From Mobula hypostoma (taxonomy: Eukaryota): a stretch of 64,000 bases of DNA. Positions 46,951 through 61,700 of the stretch are shown in pieces. The position numbers and the translations under genes were made by a program. Every line of letters starts with the position of its first letter. Position 1 is the stretch's first letter. The notes below the pieces were generated by a model, which was not told the DNA's origin, did no database searches, and worked only from the letters and a program-made list of their open reading frames with translations. Where the stretch lies: the NCBI RefSeq assembly GCF_963921235.1, contig NC_086097.1:71488001-71552000 (forward strand), given 5' to 3'.

Positions 46951-49288
46951 TCTTTCTTGAGCATGTTTTTGGTGTGTCAGTGCTGCTGAATAGCCCTATT
47001 AACAATTCCTATAACTTACTGCCTGCCTCACTGGAAATGGGTGTGGGGAAAGGGGAATATTGACACTTATCATTTTTGTATTCTCAATTGAGCTCAATGT
47101 TAATTTTTACCAATAAAATTTTACATAAACATGGATAACTCTTCTTAGAACATGATGGGTACTCATTTATCTCTTCTTCTGAAATCATTTTTCTGCAACC
47201 CTCTTTAATTCTGAATGCCTAATTCTCTGTTGGACACCTCACACTTATTTATATAGATTGGTTGTGACTTAATGTCATCAAAGGATCATAGATATTTAGA
47301 GCACTGATGGAAGCTACTTGGAGCAAATTTCAACTAAAGAGGAGATATGTGGACGAATCCTTTTGGCTTTGGTTGTTATCTTACCTGCATGTCCCAGTAA
47401 TTTCATGGATCTGGATATGTGCACAAAGCTCCCCCTTTCTGAATGTGCTACTCAATGTATCATGTGAGCAACTTGTACAGGAGAGTAATGACAAGCAGTG
47501 ACACATCTCTAACTAGAGAGACCCCAACACCTACCTTTGCCATTCAGTGGCATTGTCATTATTAAGCTCCCCCAGCAGCAAAGCCCATTGAGAACAGAGT
47601 CAACTGCAAGATCCACATAGATAGGGTGGCTATAAGAGCAGGCCATATTCTGGGTGTGCTGTGATTTATCTAATGACAAATCCACATCAACTACAAGACC
47701 TGTCAGGAGGATAATGGAATGTTCTTTTTATCAGTTAAATGGATATGTTCAGCTAAAGTAAGGCTTGATAAGCTTAGTAACCATTCAGAACAAAGCTGCC
47801 TGCCTGAACGGCACTCCATTCACAATTCTGAACCTTCATCCCCTTCACCGCCTGCATTGTGTGTCATCTGTAAAATGCACTGTGCTACTTGCCAGCTACT
47901 CTAACCGCATTTCTGAAATACAGAATTGTACCACAAGGAAGAGCCAAGGCAGCACAAAGCACCACCATCTGCAGATTCCCCTCTACTATACACCAGCCAC
48001 CCTTAAAAATAAACCACCAGAGCTTCATCGTCAATGGGTCTGACTCCTGGGACTCCATTCCAACGAGTCCTGTACGAAGTTCAAATTTCAAGGTTCCAAG
48101 TAAATTTATTATCAAAGTGCATGTATGTTATCATATACTACCTCGAAATTCAATTAAAAAAGACAAACTGTCAAAATACAGTAAACAAACAAACAAACAA
48201 ATAAATCAATAAATAAGTGAGTCCACAGGTTGTGGGATCAGTTCAGTGCTGAGGTGAGTGAAGTTATCCACGCCGGTTCAAGAGCCTGATAGTGAAGTGT
48301 AATAACTGTTCCTGAACCTGGTGGTGTGGGGCTTAAGGTTCTTGTACCTTCTTCCCAATGAATTCGGGATGGGCATTAAACACAGCTTTGCTACAGACAA
48401 AAATAGTGATAAATTAAATAGCATTACCTTGGTATTTTTGCTTTCCCTAATTGAATTACTTCAGACATCTTGGATGGGATTCCATTTGCCACTTTTCTAC
48501 CTAACTGACCAGACCTTTGATAGTTCAGTGCTATCTCCAACTTCCTTTCCCTTATTAGCCACAGACTAATTTTTATTTCATCAGAAACATTCTTAACCTT
48601 AATGTCAAACTTAAGTCTAACTCAGTTACATAATACATGAAAAGAATAGGGCCAAAACCAGAGCCTGGCAGAACTGCTGGTCGGCGAGAAAAACAACCCA
48701 AACCAAAAGCTGTGTTTGAACCAGGACATTCATAGTCCGGTGAGGGTTAGGTCTGCAGCATTCAAGGCCTGTGTTCCAAAACTATACAGAAGTCTAGATG
48801 CTACCTATGGAAGGCTATTTTAAGGGCAAAACACAATTCCAGTTGAGATTAGGGATAGAATCGAATGCACATCAGCTCTGGCAGGTTCTGCACCCATTAC
48901 TTTCTACAAAGCGAAGCCTAACATCATGAATGGCTGTGATGCTTCATTTCCAGATGAGCTCAAAGTATTTTATGCATGCTTTGAAAAGGAGAATAAAACT
49001 GCACGTGCAAATATCTGCAGCATCTGGAGACCCTATGATCTCTGTCTTGGAGGTCGACATCAGAACATCTTTCAAGAGGGTAAACCCTCACAAGGGCCTG
49101 ATGGTGTACCTAGTAGGATACTAAAATCCTGTGCCAATCAACTGGCGGGAGTGTTCAAATACACCTTCAATCTCTCACTGCACCAGTCAGAGTTTCCCAC
49201 CTGCTTCAAAAGGGTAACAATCATACCAGTGCCCAAGAAGAACACAGTGAGCTGCCCCATTGTCTATTGCCCAGTGCTACTCACATCT

Positions 49289-49424
49289 CACAAAATGCTG
49301 GAGGAACTCCGAAGTCGGGCAGCATCTATTGAAAAAAGTAAGCAGTTGATGTTTCAGGCCAAGACCCATCATCAGGACTTTTAATCAAGATTCCAGCGCC
49401 TACAGATTTTCTCATGTTTGTGGG
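49289..49424. mobile_element. Mini Penelope-like insertion with inversion, inside Rex1
   Basis: 10-bp TSD ACTCACATCT (49279-49288, 49425-49434); minus arm ends at CATCAGGACT (hammerhead 5' edge), then a short plus arm. Confidence 0.8.
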
Positions 49425-50604
49425 ACTCACATCTACTGGGATGAAGTGCTTGGAGAGGTTAACCATGGCTAAAATCAACTCCTGCCTAAGCAAGGACCTG
49501 GATCTGCTGCAACTTGTCTATTGCCACAATAGTTCTGCAGCAGATGTAATCTCATTGGCTCTATACTTGGCTTTGGATCACCTGGATAATAGTGATACCT
49601 ACATTAGGCTGCACTTTATTGATTACACCTCAGCATTCCACATACTCATACCCTCTTTTCTAAACAACAAGTTCCAGAACCTGGGCCTCTATACTTCCCT
49701 CTGTAACTTCATCCTTGACTTCCTCATCCAGAAACCACAGTCTGTGTGGATCAGAAATAACATCTCCTCTTCACTGATAATCAACACTGGCACACTTCAA
49801 GGATGTGTGCTTATTAGCCCACTGCTCTACTCTCTTTGTACCCATGACTGTGTGGCTAGGCACAGATCAAACAGCATCTATAAATTTGCTGACAACTCAA
49901 TTATTGTTGACAGAATTTCAGATGGTAACGAGGAAGTGTACAGGAGTGAGATAGATCAGCTGGTTGAGTGAATTTGCAGCAACAACCTTACATTCAACAT
50001 TGGTAAGACCAAGGAATTGATTGTGGACTTCAGGAAGGAGAAGTCACAGGAACACATACCAGTCCTCATTGATCAGCAGTGGAAAAGGTCAGGAGTTTCA
50101 AGTTCCTGGGTGTCAACATCTCTGAAGATCTACCCTGGACCCAACATACTGATGCAACTCCAAAGAAGGCATGACAACAACAATACTTCATTAGGAATTT
50201 GAGGGGAATTGGTATGTCACCAAAGACGTTTGCAAATTTCTACTGATATACCATAGAGAGCATTCTAACTAGTTGCATCACTGTATGGTATGGAGAGGCC
50301 ACTGCACAGGATCGGAAAAAACTGCAGAAAGTTGTAGAAGTCAGCCAGCTCCATCATAGGCACTAGCCTTCACAGGTTCGAGGACGCCTTCAAAAGGCGA
50401 TGCCTCAAATAGATGGCATCCATCATTATGGACCCTCATCACCAAGGGTATGTCCTCTTCTCATGGCTACCATCAAGGAGATATGGGTGTGTCTTCTGTG
50501 GGACAAGCCCTTGAACCTCAAGATTCGACATGCTGTGCGATCAGAGACGATCTTCTGCACCCCTCTCTTATAACGCATGGTCATCCGAGAGAGTGTGACA
50601 ACAA

Positions 50605-50684
50605 CAGGAGTTCCTGACCATTTTTATGTTATGGACTGATGCCATTAAGCAAGGGGTCCATGGACCTCAGGTTGCAAACCCCTG
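50605..50684. mobile_element. 80-bp hAT-like MITE
   Basis: CAGGAGTTCCTGACC ... GGTTGCAAACCCCTG imperfect TIRs. Confidence 0.55.
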
Positions 50685-51515
50685 AGGTATAGGATCCTGA
50701 AGACACACACTCAGCATTTCAGGAACAGCTTCTTCCCCTCTGCCATCAGATTTCTGAACGGACAATGAACCCATGAACAATACCTCATTATTTTGTTTTC
50801 GTTTTTCATTTTTTTTGTACTACTTATTTAATTTGTTTTTATTATTATGTATTGCAATGAACTGCTGCCGCAAAACAACAACTTTCATGCCATTTGTATG
50901 CCAGTGATATTAAACCTGATTCTGATTCTGACATTCAGCCACCATTACAAGTTGTACATTCCTCTGGGCCAATTTTGGATCAACCTTTCCAGTTTCCTTC
51001 AAATGCAGTAGCCTTTGCTTTTCTGACCAGTCCTCCAGCTGTGTATGTGTCAAAACCTTGCTAGAATCCACTTAATGACATCTAATCGTCTGATGATTCC
51101 ATGTGTGTTTGATTCATCTGTGCCTTTCAAAATGAGGATTAATACTGTCATTCAAAATTATTTCTAATAATTTGACTAACCCTGTCATTTAAGCAACTAT
51201 TCGTAAAGTAAACTCAGTTTGTGCTGGACAGGTTTGAATGAGCTGTGTTCAATTGATTTATCCCTTTCTTCCTTTTGAGTAATGGTCTCTCTCCTTTTAA
51301 CAGTGTTTCTTTCCAGGTCTTTATGTTCAGTTAGGCCTACCTGGGCTTGGAGTCACACAGCCGGTCACGGGCACTATCCACATATGTACACTTGGTTAAA
51401 ATATATTTCTCAGATTTTCTATTTGATGTAGAAAGATCTCATTCAGCCCATGTCTAAGGTGATTCTCAGAGAAAACACATCAATTACGCTTTAACATACA
51501 GCATTCTCTCTCAGT

Positions 51516-51682
51516 TTAACACAAGAGATTCTGCAGATGCAGAGAATCTAGAGCAACACACACAAACTGCTGGAGGGACTCGGCAACCTTGATGCAGGGT
51601 CTCGACCTAAAACGTTGACTGTTTAATCCCCTCCATAGATGCTGCCTGACCTGCTGAGTTCTTCCAGCAATTTGTATGTTTC
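51516..51682. mobile_element. Inverted mini Penelope-like repeat pair
   Basis: Minus arm AACACAAGAGATTCTGCAGATG... joined to a plus arm starting CTTGATGCAGGGTCTCGACCTAAAACGTTGACTG (decayed hammerhead). Confidence 0.75.
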
Positions 51683-54600
51683 TCACATGCCTATTAGCTC
51701 CACACACACGCAGATCAATTTTCCTTTCAGCCATCTACACTAGCAGAAATTTACAGAGCCCATTAACCTAACACCCGACAGTTGTGAGACGAAATTGGAG
51801 CACCCAGCTTAAATCCATGTACTCTCAACAAGAACGCACCAAGCCAACACACAAAGCACCCAAGGTTCAAACACAGTTGCTGGAAATCCAAAACAGTAGC
51901 TCTACCTTCCCTTTTTTTCCTCTTTATTACTTGTCTTGCTTCAATTTTATTAATCTTGTGTTTTCATGCAAATTGCCTGTGCTTTTATTCCTACCATTGA
52001 AGTTCATCCTTTTCACAAAATTTGCCACGATCAGAATTGCACTCCTTGCAACTCCCATTCTGAGAATTGGTGAGAAATTCATTGGGGGATCAACTGGAAA
52101 ATCTAATGCTATTTCTTTTGCAGCAATACATCGGATTGCTTTCAAAAGACTGACAAATTGTTTGAATCTATCCAAAGCTAAAGAGGTTTCTGCCATAATA
52201 CTATCATAATATGCAGGAAGTGTACCACCGAAAATAGCTGTTAGCTGTAAACCTTGCTGCAAGAAAAGAATTACAACCTAATATGGTGTATCCTGTTGAA
52301 ATACTGCACAATACTCCCTGGTAGCTTGAAAAATTAACATTAAGTTAAAGTGGTGTACAATGATATCAACATTTATTTTCATAAGGAGAAATTATGATTC
52401 CATGAAAAGAAACAACTGCATGTACAGTATATATTAGTTCATTGCAAGGTCTTAATGATGAGATACTTCAAGAAGTTTAATTGATAGATTATTTTTCACA
52501 TCCAATAATAGTTACAAACAATAACCACCAGCAATTAATTAATAAAGACTCACCAAAACTGTAAATTGACATGCATTTGAACTCCACAACGAAATTGTTC
52601 TTTAAATCAAAAGCATGTTAATGCTAAAAATCTGAAACAATATGGGGATATCTGGAGATTCTCGGCAGATCAGGCAGCATCTATGGAAAGAGAAACAATT
52701 ATCGATCCAAGCCCCTAATTCTCCATCAGAAAAAATTTAGTTCAATAAAGATTATTTATGCCTCAAAAATGCCTCAGGTCACCATTTACAATGCCATATA
52801 TGCTATTTCAACAAAAACGATTCAGTTAATCAAGTAGCTATGCAATAACTAAACACAACCTGCAATGAGCACGGCATAAACAAAGCATAACTAGTAGAAA
52901 CAACATAGGAAAATATTATAAAACCTTAGTTCTACAAGCCAAGTGTTTGATATCCCAGTTCTGATGAAAGATCATAGATTCAAAACATATCTCCAATATA
53001 TTGCTAACCCATTTAGCAATTATCTCCAGCATTTTCCATATGCAATTAATATACAGTATATCTCGTGCAATGGTTGAAATGGATCAAAGTTTAAATTCAC
53101 ATGCAAGAAAGCTCCAATCTCAACTAGAATATTCTAGGGAGCATAATGTTCCTAAGAAGGATATTTTGATTTAAAGAACTAAACAAATAGTTTCTCCTGA
53201 AAGAATGAGGAAAATCAGAGACAAATGATCTCTGGTGAAATCCTTTCTTGTTGCTCAAAACTTTAAGAACTAATTAACAATTATGAATGCATTATCTGCG
53301 TTTTCTCTCAGTTAGATAGATAGGATGTCTTTGGCCACTTTATTTTATCAAAAGAACTATTCTAACACAGTCTGTTGTTGGAATATAAGGCACAGAAACA
53401 ACAAACAAAAGCCAGGGAAATGCATCCCATTTTCATTCCCCTCACCACTAAAAAAATGACCTTGCTAGACAATTTCTCTAAACAGATTTGTACCAAATCA
53501 GTCTCAACATAAACTGAGTGTAAGAACAGCTGTTTAATATTACCTTTAAAAATAAACACAATCACCATTCCGTGAATGTTGAAAAGCATGACTTTTAAAC
53601 CATATATGTCATTATTGTTAGGTATCCTTCTGTAAACTGTGCACAAGAGTATCCAATGCACCACAAATGTAATAACTTGAGAACAGTAAGTAAAAAAAGT
53701 TAATCAGGTCAAATATAATAAATGGCTGAATGGAAATAGTTAATTTGTTTGCATTGTACATTTGTTCTGCATGTGCAGATTCCTGAATGTGTTCTTAATT
53801 AATTGCACTGTAAATAAATGTTAATAAATCACATTAAAAGCTTTGCTTGTGTAATCTCACACTTAATTCACAAAACAGGGAGAATGTGAATATGCAATTT
53901 TTAGTAAATACAGACCAAGGGTATTGTTTTATTTTATGAATGCAAAGACACAGTGCTAGATAAAGCAGTAGATTGTTAATTAAAACATGAGGTAATTGTT
54001 GGTTTTAACTTACTCAATATCCTCTATCTTTCAATGATGCCTACACATTCTCACATAAGTAATTAGCAAGCACTACACTATATACTTAAATTAGCATGTA
54101 TGGTGTTGCTTTCTAACCTGGTATCAGCTTCTTTATACTATATACGACATAATGAAATTATATTGATGTAGACATGAGCATTTATTGGCCAAACAATCAC
54201 GTTGATTGGGAAAATAACTAAATATATTATTTGATCAAAAAAGAGTAAAATACAGACCTTTTGTTTCAACTTGTTCTTACCTGCATTTTGATTTCATATG
54301 CATTTTAGAACTCCTAAGCATCCAAGTTTGTACATTGGGTACCATATCTTCTGTAGGTATGGTACTACATTTACTGTACATCTGAAAAAACACCGTTTGT
54401 CAATCTGCATGCCTGGAAATGTAGCAATGATGGTACAAAATAATAATGCACTTCAAGATAATGCATTAAACTGTTATTTTTTGCAACATGATATCTCTCA
54501 GCATCAAGAAAGCTATGTTAAAAATTACAAAATTGGAAAATTATTTTGTTTTAAAATATGAACTTAGTAATCATACATATTAAGGTATAATGAATCTATT

Positions 54601-55424
54601 AATTTATGCACTTTTAAATAAAATTGACTTTCTCATCTCCTTTATTTTTATTATGTAAACAAAACACTCTTGTTTGCCATATACATTATGGATACCATGT
54701 GGTGATCAGGATTTCACAGCAGAAATGTGCATTAAAAATAAAACAAAGATTGCCCATTCATCTCATACTATAATGTTATCTAACTGAAGTATGCACATTT
54801 TTGTTTTATAATATTAATTGTGAAACAGTTGGGTTTTCAAATTATGAAGAATGAGATGCTTTTTGTTGGATATCTTACATTTCGGAAGGAATTGGAACTG
54901 TTGTGTGTTCTGTGCCCAGCTCCAAGCATTTCTTGTCATACACTGACATTTCCACTTGCCACAGATCAAACCATCCACATGGCCAATGTGACTGAGACTG
55001 CTCAATTAGCTGCAATTGGTGCCAAATTACAGACAGTTTTGTGTAGTCAACTGAAATCCAATAAAAACTGGGATAATATAGCTCAAAGTTGTTTGAGTTG
55101 AAGAAGCAGCAAATTGTGCAGATGAATCATCCCATCTGTCTAAGCTTTATAATACCCCAGATTCCTTAGGTAAAAGAGTATTATTCTAAATCATACAAAA
55201 CCTATTCTAGAGAATGAGGTTTAAATTTATCTCACATTTAAATTTCTTCTAAAATTTATCAAATAATCTTTTTAAAAAATTCAGCCATATTAATCTTTTA
55301 CTATTTAGATTAAATATTACATTTGAATATCACTTATTTTGTTATACAAGAACTGAGCAGTGAGGTTCTGTTATGTTGTTCAGATTTAATTATGTTACCT
55401 TATGACTGATGAAGAAAAACAAAG

Positions 55425-55760
55425 ATAAATCTTCACAACCTCAGAACACCTCAAAATCCTTCATAACCAACAAAGCACTTCTTGGAATGGACTCAGGTTG
55501 CAGTGTAGGAAATCTGGTTGCCAGTTTGTACATGTTAGGCAGCAACGTGAAAGTGTCTGTATAATGTATTTTAGTGGCGTTAATTGAACAATGTGCATTG
55601 GCTAGGACATCAAGGATAATTTACTTGCTCTTCTTCAATTTTTTTTGCTACCTCAATACGATCTGAAACATCTGATCTGAAACATTGCACTTCTGACAGT
55701 GCAGTATTCTTATCATCCTGCATTGAGTGTCAGCCTATGTTTTTTTGTACTAAAGAGCTT
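55425..55760 (-). mobile_element. Ancient DeuSINE (SacSINE1/AmnSINE1-like) remnant
   Basis: TGTAGGAAATCTGGTTGCCAGTTTG...ATTGGCTAGGACATCAAGGATAATTTACTTGCTCTTCTTCAA...TCTGACAGTGCAGTATTC...GAGTGTCAGCCT resembles the reverse Deu-domain consensus as I recall it. Confidence 0.65.
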
Positions 55761-58700
55761 AGAGCAAAACAAAGAATCTTAACATTTCATAACTATATTT
55801 TAAAGATTATTCATCAAGGAAACTTTTAAAGTATCATTGTAATTTTTTCCTAAATAAATCTAACTTCTGCAGTCAATGTGCATCAAATAATGATTATATA
55901 TTTTCAGTACAAAAACAATCCTACGCTTATTCCACTACTTGTTAGCAATGGGAAGACTTCCAACTGCAGTTAGCTATTGTTTGATCTGCTTAGCTGCGTT
56001 AACACCATAGCGGAAAAAAAACATAGCCCGACAGCAATTGTACCTGTTTATTCCTGGGGGTGGGGGGAGGGGGAAACTTTCAACTGCAAAGTACTCAGAT
56101 GCAGCGAGCACTGAAACTGCATTTGATTATATAAACTACATTCAAATGTAAGTGTGTTTACGTTGAAATCTTAATGATGTTCAGATCTTGCCGCTCTTGT
56201 TCAAACATGCAAAGGCGTTTTAAAATCATTTTGTTCATTAAGATGGAAATAAAGTGTTCATAAACTCACCCAACATATATACATAAATCTATAATGGTTT
56301 TGACGTTTACGTTGGAAAAATCAGATTAAAAATATCCCTGAAAGCAATTACTGATCACGTGTGGGCAATGAAACGTCAACCGAGGTGACATATTTTGTAA
56401 TGTTATTAGGTGTTTTGTATGAATGCCAAACTTAACGGTAAGAATCGTGGAACGCTTCCCTCATACCAATTGGGAAGCGAGGTGAAAGACCTCTATTTTA
56501 CATTCTCAGTTAATTGGGGATTATTATATGCCAGTTAATTTCAAAGCAAACGTCAAGAAACTGTTTTGATAAGTAAAATTATAAATTTGAAAGACTCTCA
56601 ATGAAATGTGCTAAAATATTAGTATGCTGATGTTCTGTGAAAAAAAATTGAAGCAGTTGTGAAGATTGTGTTAACCGAGGTATGCCAAAAGCGGTAAAGA
56701 CTTCAATCTAATCAACAATTACGTTTAAAAAAAGATAAGCGATGATTATTCGAGATCATTATGTCCAACTGAAAAATCATACTGTGGAAGAGCATATTAC
56801 TTTATTCCCCCTCCCCCGCCAACATGTTTTTTGTAAGGGAGAAATTTGCGGCTGATCCACATCTGTTTACAGAAATTAAGCTCTTGATAACGTGAAACGT
56901 ACTCCAAAGTATTACCATGTTGCTTATAGTAAAGTAAGTTTGAAGAAATTATTAACAGTAAGCGGCTAGTACGTAATTTTAACTAGAACTAGAACAGTAA
57001 GTCAGCGTGAACGAGTTGGGCCAATCGTTTATTCCATGTTATGATCTATTCTCGGAAGATAAACTGTTACAAGTCAAAATACTTCGGTGGCAATTTCTAA
57101 TAACGCAACTCAATTACAGTTTATCGAATAACAAATAGGACACACATCGCATTATCACGTTATTATTGCGGCACTTGTTTTAAATGAAGCAAGAGAAATA
57201 ATCTTAAGAAATGTCTAAACAACACAAGATTAATTTCAGCAAATTTCAATGGTGATGCAATGCATATTTTATCAAGGGATGTGTTATTTTTAAAATCCTA
57301 AATAAAATGTAGTTAATGCTAAATGTGTTAATGCAACTGATACATAAAACTGTAACTGTACCTCGAAGATTGCTAGATTACCCCAGAGTTACTAGCGAAC
57401 TATTTTAGAGTTTAGATATACAATTTTTAAATGGGGGAAAAGAACTGACAGTTATTCTTACTGAAAATAAGTGAGTAAATGGACATCGATGTGTGTATAG
57501 TTGTGCATAGGTTTGATTATGTCAATTCGATAATGGAATACAACCTTTACTTCAGTCCAGGTTAAGGTTCGCTATTGTACAACGACATCAAACATATGTA
57601 AGGCACTTAAAACATTTTGTATACCGTTAAGTCTGGGGGAAAAAAAGAACCGAACAGACAGCAAACCCTCAGCTTCTGCTCTTGTGAACTTTAGATAAAA
57701 TGTTTCCTTTTAATACAGTAATTTTCAAAAACTATTGAACTGTTGCGAGAAGGGATACTTCAAGAAATTCAATCTCAAGAATGTCTCTAGCCTTTCTCCT
57801 TTATCTCACACAAGATTGCTTTAGCGTGTTTAACAATAGCAATTCCCACTCCGGCAGAGAGGTGCTATTTACCGTCCACAAGTAACGGCGCCGAAACATG
57901 CTTTTATTCTACAAGGGAGCACTTTATGCTATGGATGTCACATTTTTTCCCTGCACTATAACCAACATTTCATTCATCACATTCATCCTTTCTACGGACA
58001 ACATTTCTTGTTGTCTTAAGTTCGCTTCTATGACACCATCTCGGACAATAACTTCCATATCCTCCAAGCGAAAGCATTGCACCTAAATAATCACAGCGCC
58101 AGCGTGGTCATAAGGACATATTTAATTATGTTGAGAGAGCGAAGATACCTCTGGGCAGGTGCAATGACTTTAGAAAGAATCTAGCTTCACAGATTCGTCT
58201 GATGCCGGAGGAAGTATAAGTGAGAATTCATCCAACCCAGCAACGGAGCGCGGCTGCCGCCTCACGTCCTCTACTTGTGTGGCTGGATACTCCCGGCACA
58301 CCCGCCCGACACCAGGAATGTTTTACTTGTAATCTCCTGCATTTTCTTGCAGTTTGACGTGGGTTTAAACATTTGTATTTGTTTTTGCTAATCCGGGTAC
58401 AATATAAGAGAGCATTAAAGTTTACGTGGATGAAGGTGTTATTTGCAAATTGCTGGAATTTGAATAATAGCTTCATTTTAAAGCAATAAAGGCGGGGGCT
58501 GGTGGTGTTGGTAACATGAGTCGCGTTTTTGTACTGCAATTCTGTTGTCTAAACATTCGACGGCTCTGATGCCGTAAACAGGCGTGAGACTTACTTCTAA
58601 AGTTTAGACGTGAGAAACACTTTCAAATTACATAACATGTAGTCACATAGAAATGTGAGGGGAACATCTCCATTTTCCTTTTGCCTCTGAAACTCGCGGG

Positions 58701-61700
58701 TTGCCGTTGACGTGTTAAGAATTGTCACCGCCTGCTTCTGACGTTGTAAATGTTTTTGTTTCTGTAACCTGTTTTCACTTCAGCAAGACAAACGTTTCTT
58801 AAAGCACAGCTGTATTGTCGTAAACATATGTTAGTGCATTTTACTTACACAGCAAACCAGAGAAAACAAACAGCCAGATTAATACGCAATATTGGGTGTG
58901 AGCTTAGTACAAAAAAGACCGTGATTTCAGTCTTTTTCTCTGGTGTTGGTATGTGAACTGAAATAATTCCGAAATATCAGTCCCTTGTATTTCTACCACT
59001 TTTCTCAGAAAGGTCAGATCAAACAAGTTACATAATACGTCTACACCGTGTAAATCTTCAATTTGCTGGGACTGATTTTACGGTACCGTATAATTACTGG
59101 AATTCTGTCTGATCTGCTCACTTGGCAATATAATATTTGTATTATTTTTGAATTGTGTATGTCAAAATAAATATATTTAATAACAATTAGCAAAGTGTAT
59201 ATCCAATAATGCAGATTGTTTCATAAATAATAGTAAGTGTGGAAATAATAACAATGACTACTTTAATATCCACAGAGATCAAAAATATCTAGTGTTCTGC
59301 AAACTCTTTCTTTTCATGTTGACGTTTAATAAGCGTAATATTTCAACGATTATTCGGACAGATTATCCAATTCTTTGCAAAGACTATCACTTTACCAACA
59401 TTAAATGTAATTTTCAAATAGTTCTAAAATGACTTTCTAAAAATGCATACAAGCTCACGCAAACCGCCATGCTTCTCTTCAATCTTCAGGTTTAAAGTTG
59501 ACCAATATCTCGTATGGAAATTCACCAAAAAAGACCCGAGCAGTTAAAGTGGATTGCTTAAAAGCATTGTTTAATTTTCTGTAGGGTGTATATTCTTGCA
59601 ATTAATTTGAAGTATTTATTTCGATCTTATTGTCTCGAAATGAACCCCACCACGGTGAACAAAGTCTCCCAAAGTTTCAGACTTGGATTGTATTTTGGAA
59701 GCACGTGATTATTTGGAATTTAAGCATTTATTTGTGTGGAAATGTGTCTCAATTAGCTCCCAAGGCAAGATTTTACATACTGCGAATGTTTGAAATCCTC
59801 TCACCGTGTACTTCGCCTGGGTATAAAATATCAGAAATACCTCTTGAAGCTTTTCATCGGTGCCAGAGGAGTTTCATTGTACCGCCCACTCAACTGCTTC
59901 GATAAAGAAAATATACTAAATATGCGCATTCTTTTGATTAATACTATATCAATTTCTTGCCGTCTCTGGATTGGAACTATACTATGTGTTAATTTGGACT
60001 TTGATTAAAGACCGTAGTGCGATCACAAATCACCTTTTTGTCTGACTTGATGCTTGGCTAAACCACAGACTAACATTAAACAAGATCACATTCAAGTTAA
60101 GAAAATATTGTTATTTTACTTTAATTGGGACAATTGGACTCCCGCGTGTTGGAGCCTTGGTTTTAAGCAACGGAACGGAAAACTGGAATGACACCACTTT
60201 GCACTTTAACAATCGGATTACATCAGGGTACAAGTTGTTTGTTTAACCCGACAGCACTCTGCACCCCGTCGCATGCTTTACACACTCATTAAAACGATTA
60301 TTCACGACCTGTCGACTGTTTTCTAGTTCATTCACACGACGCCCTTAGCATTAGCTCAGGCTATTGGGCAAGCGAGTCAGCGGAAAGAAAAGATCAGTAC
60401 TTCCACCCACGCTGCCCAAGCCAGTCTCGGACTTTACAGGTCGGAACAGCCCAGGAGAATCGTACGCGCTCATGTGCGCGCATCCACCCTGCCCAGCAGA
60501 AATCGTAATTTGAGTGCCTTACAATGAAAGATAACATCCCCAACTCTGCAATACTTTCAACATGCTATCAGTCGAATATTCTCATTATACCTTCTGGTTT
60601 TGATCTCACTAGTATCAGTGATAATCACAAAAAGTAAAGCTAGTCTGCGTTAAACGTTTTGCTTGAGTATACTGCGGGCAGACACCAGAGATTAATAAGT
60701 GTTCCGGTGAAAAAAAATTATCACAATAACAATTTATAATTCAATAAAATGTGGCTAGAGATTAAGAACTGGTATTTAAAATAATCATCGGAGTCAATTA
60801 AAATATTTAAAGTAACAAAACAAACTGAAATGGTGCTGATTTCCGATTGCTGATCAATTATCTAATACAGCACAGAAAATGACATCAGCTTTACCATCAA
60901 CCGGCACAATTGCAAGTTTTCAAGTCGAATGACTCTTTTAATTGTTTATGGGATTAGACGTGGCGTATATTTTAAAGCGGCATTTCATATGATTCAGTTA
61001 TCGAAGGTTCATATGAAATACTCTATATTTCCCTTGTCTACTTTAAAATCGTACATCCAGAATCAAGCGGTATTATTCATTTGTTAAACGCAGTCATGTT
61101 TAACAGTGCTGCTACCAATATAATTAGTAGGTAAAAATACTTTTATGGCACGTTCCCTCGATTATAAGAGGCTTGTTTCAAAACAATACGGTAACATGAA
61201 CGCAAGCCAATGGCTATGGAAGTAATTGCGTAAAATATTTCATAAATAGATAAACACACAAGTCAATACAAACCAAAACCTGTGTAATTTGTGACCAGCT
61301 CCTGATAAATGATTCATTTTACATGTGTGGTTAACTTGTTTACCTATTGTTAGGAACGGACGTTTCATCGCACTACGCACATAGTTTCACTAAGTCAATT
61401 TCAGAGTCGATATAGTCTAGGCAACTGGAATGAGTAATTAAGTATAAGCCTAACAGAAAATGATTATTATTCTTTTTGGCTATGGGATCACCGCTTAAAG
61501 GACATGTAATTTGTCGCGGTTTGCATTGCAATAATAATTTTAAGTATCATGAGTCACAAATTCAAATTGTTAGCTCGCATACGGGTATTTAAATTAGGTA
61601 TTTGTTTGATATGAATGTGCTCAGAATAATTCTACTTTCAGCAATGAGTTTTAGCCAAGTATACTTTTCAACTATCTGTTTGATTTGAGCAAGTGGAATG

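Larger units (their letters stand above)
48690..50932 (+). mobile_element. Decayed Rex1-clade LINE (RT region and 3' end) with nested inserts
   Basis: 'GPDGVPSRILKSCANQLAGVF', 'FIDYTSAF', 'GTLQGCVLISPLLYSL', 'KFADNS', 'IVDFRK'; tail TAAACCTGATTCTGATTCTGA. Confidence 0.9.

Noticed and set aside
53124..53137. 14-bp palindrome CTAGAATATTCTAG
   Set aside because: Plausible by chance in AT-rich DNA of this length; no supporting context.
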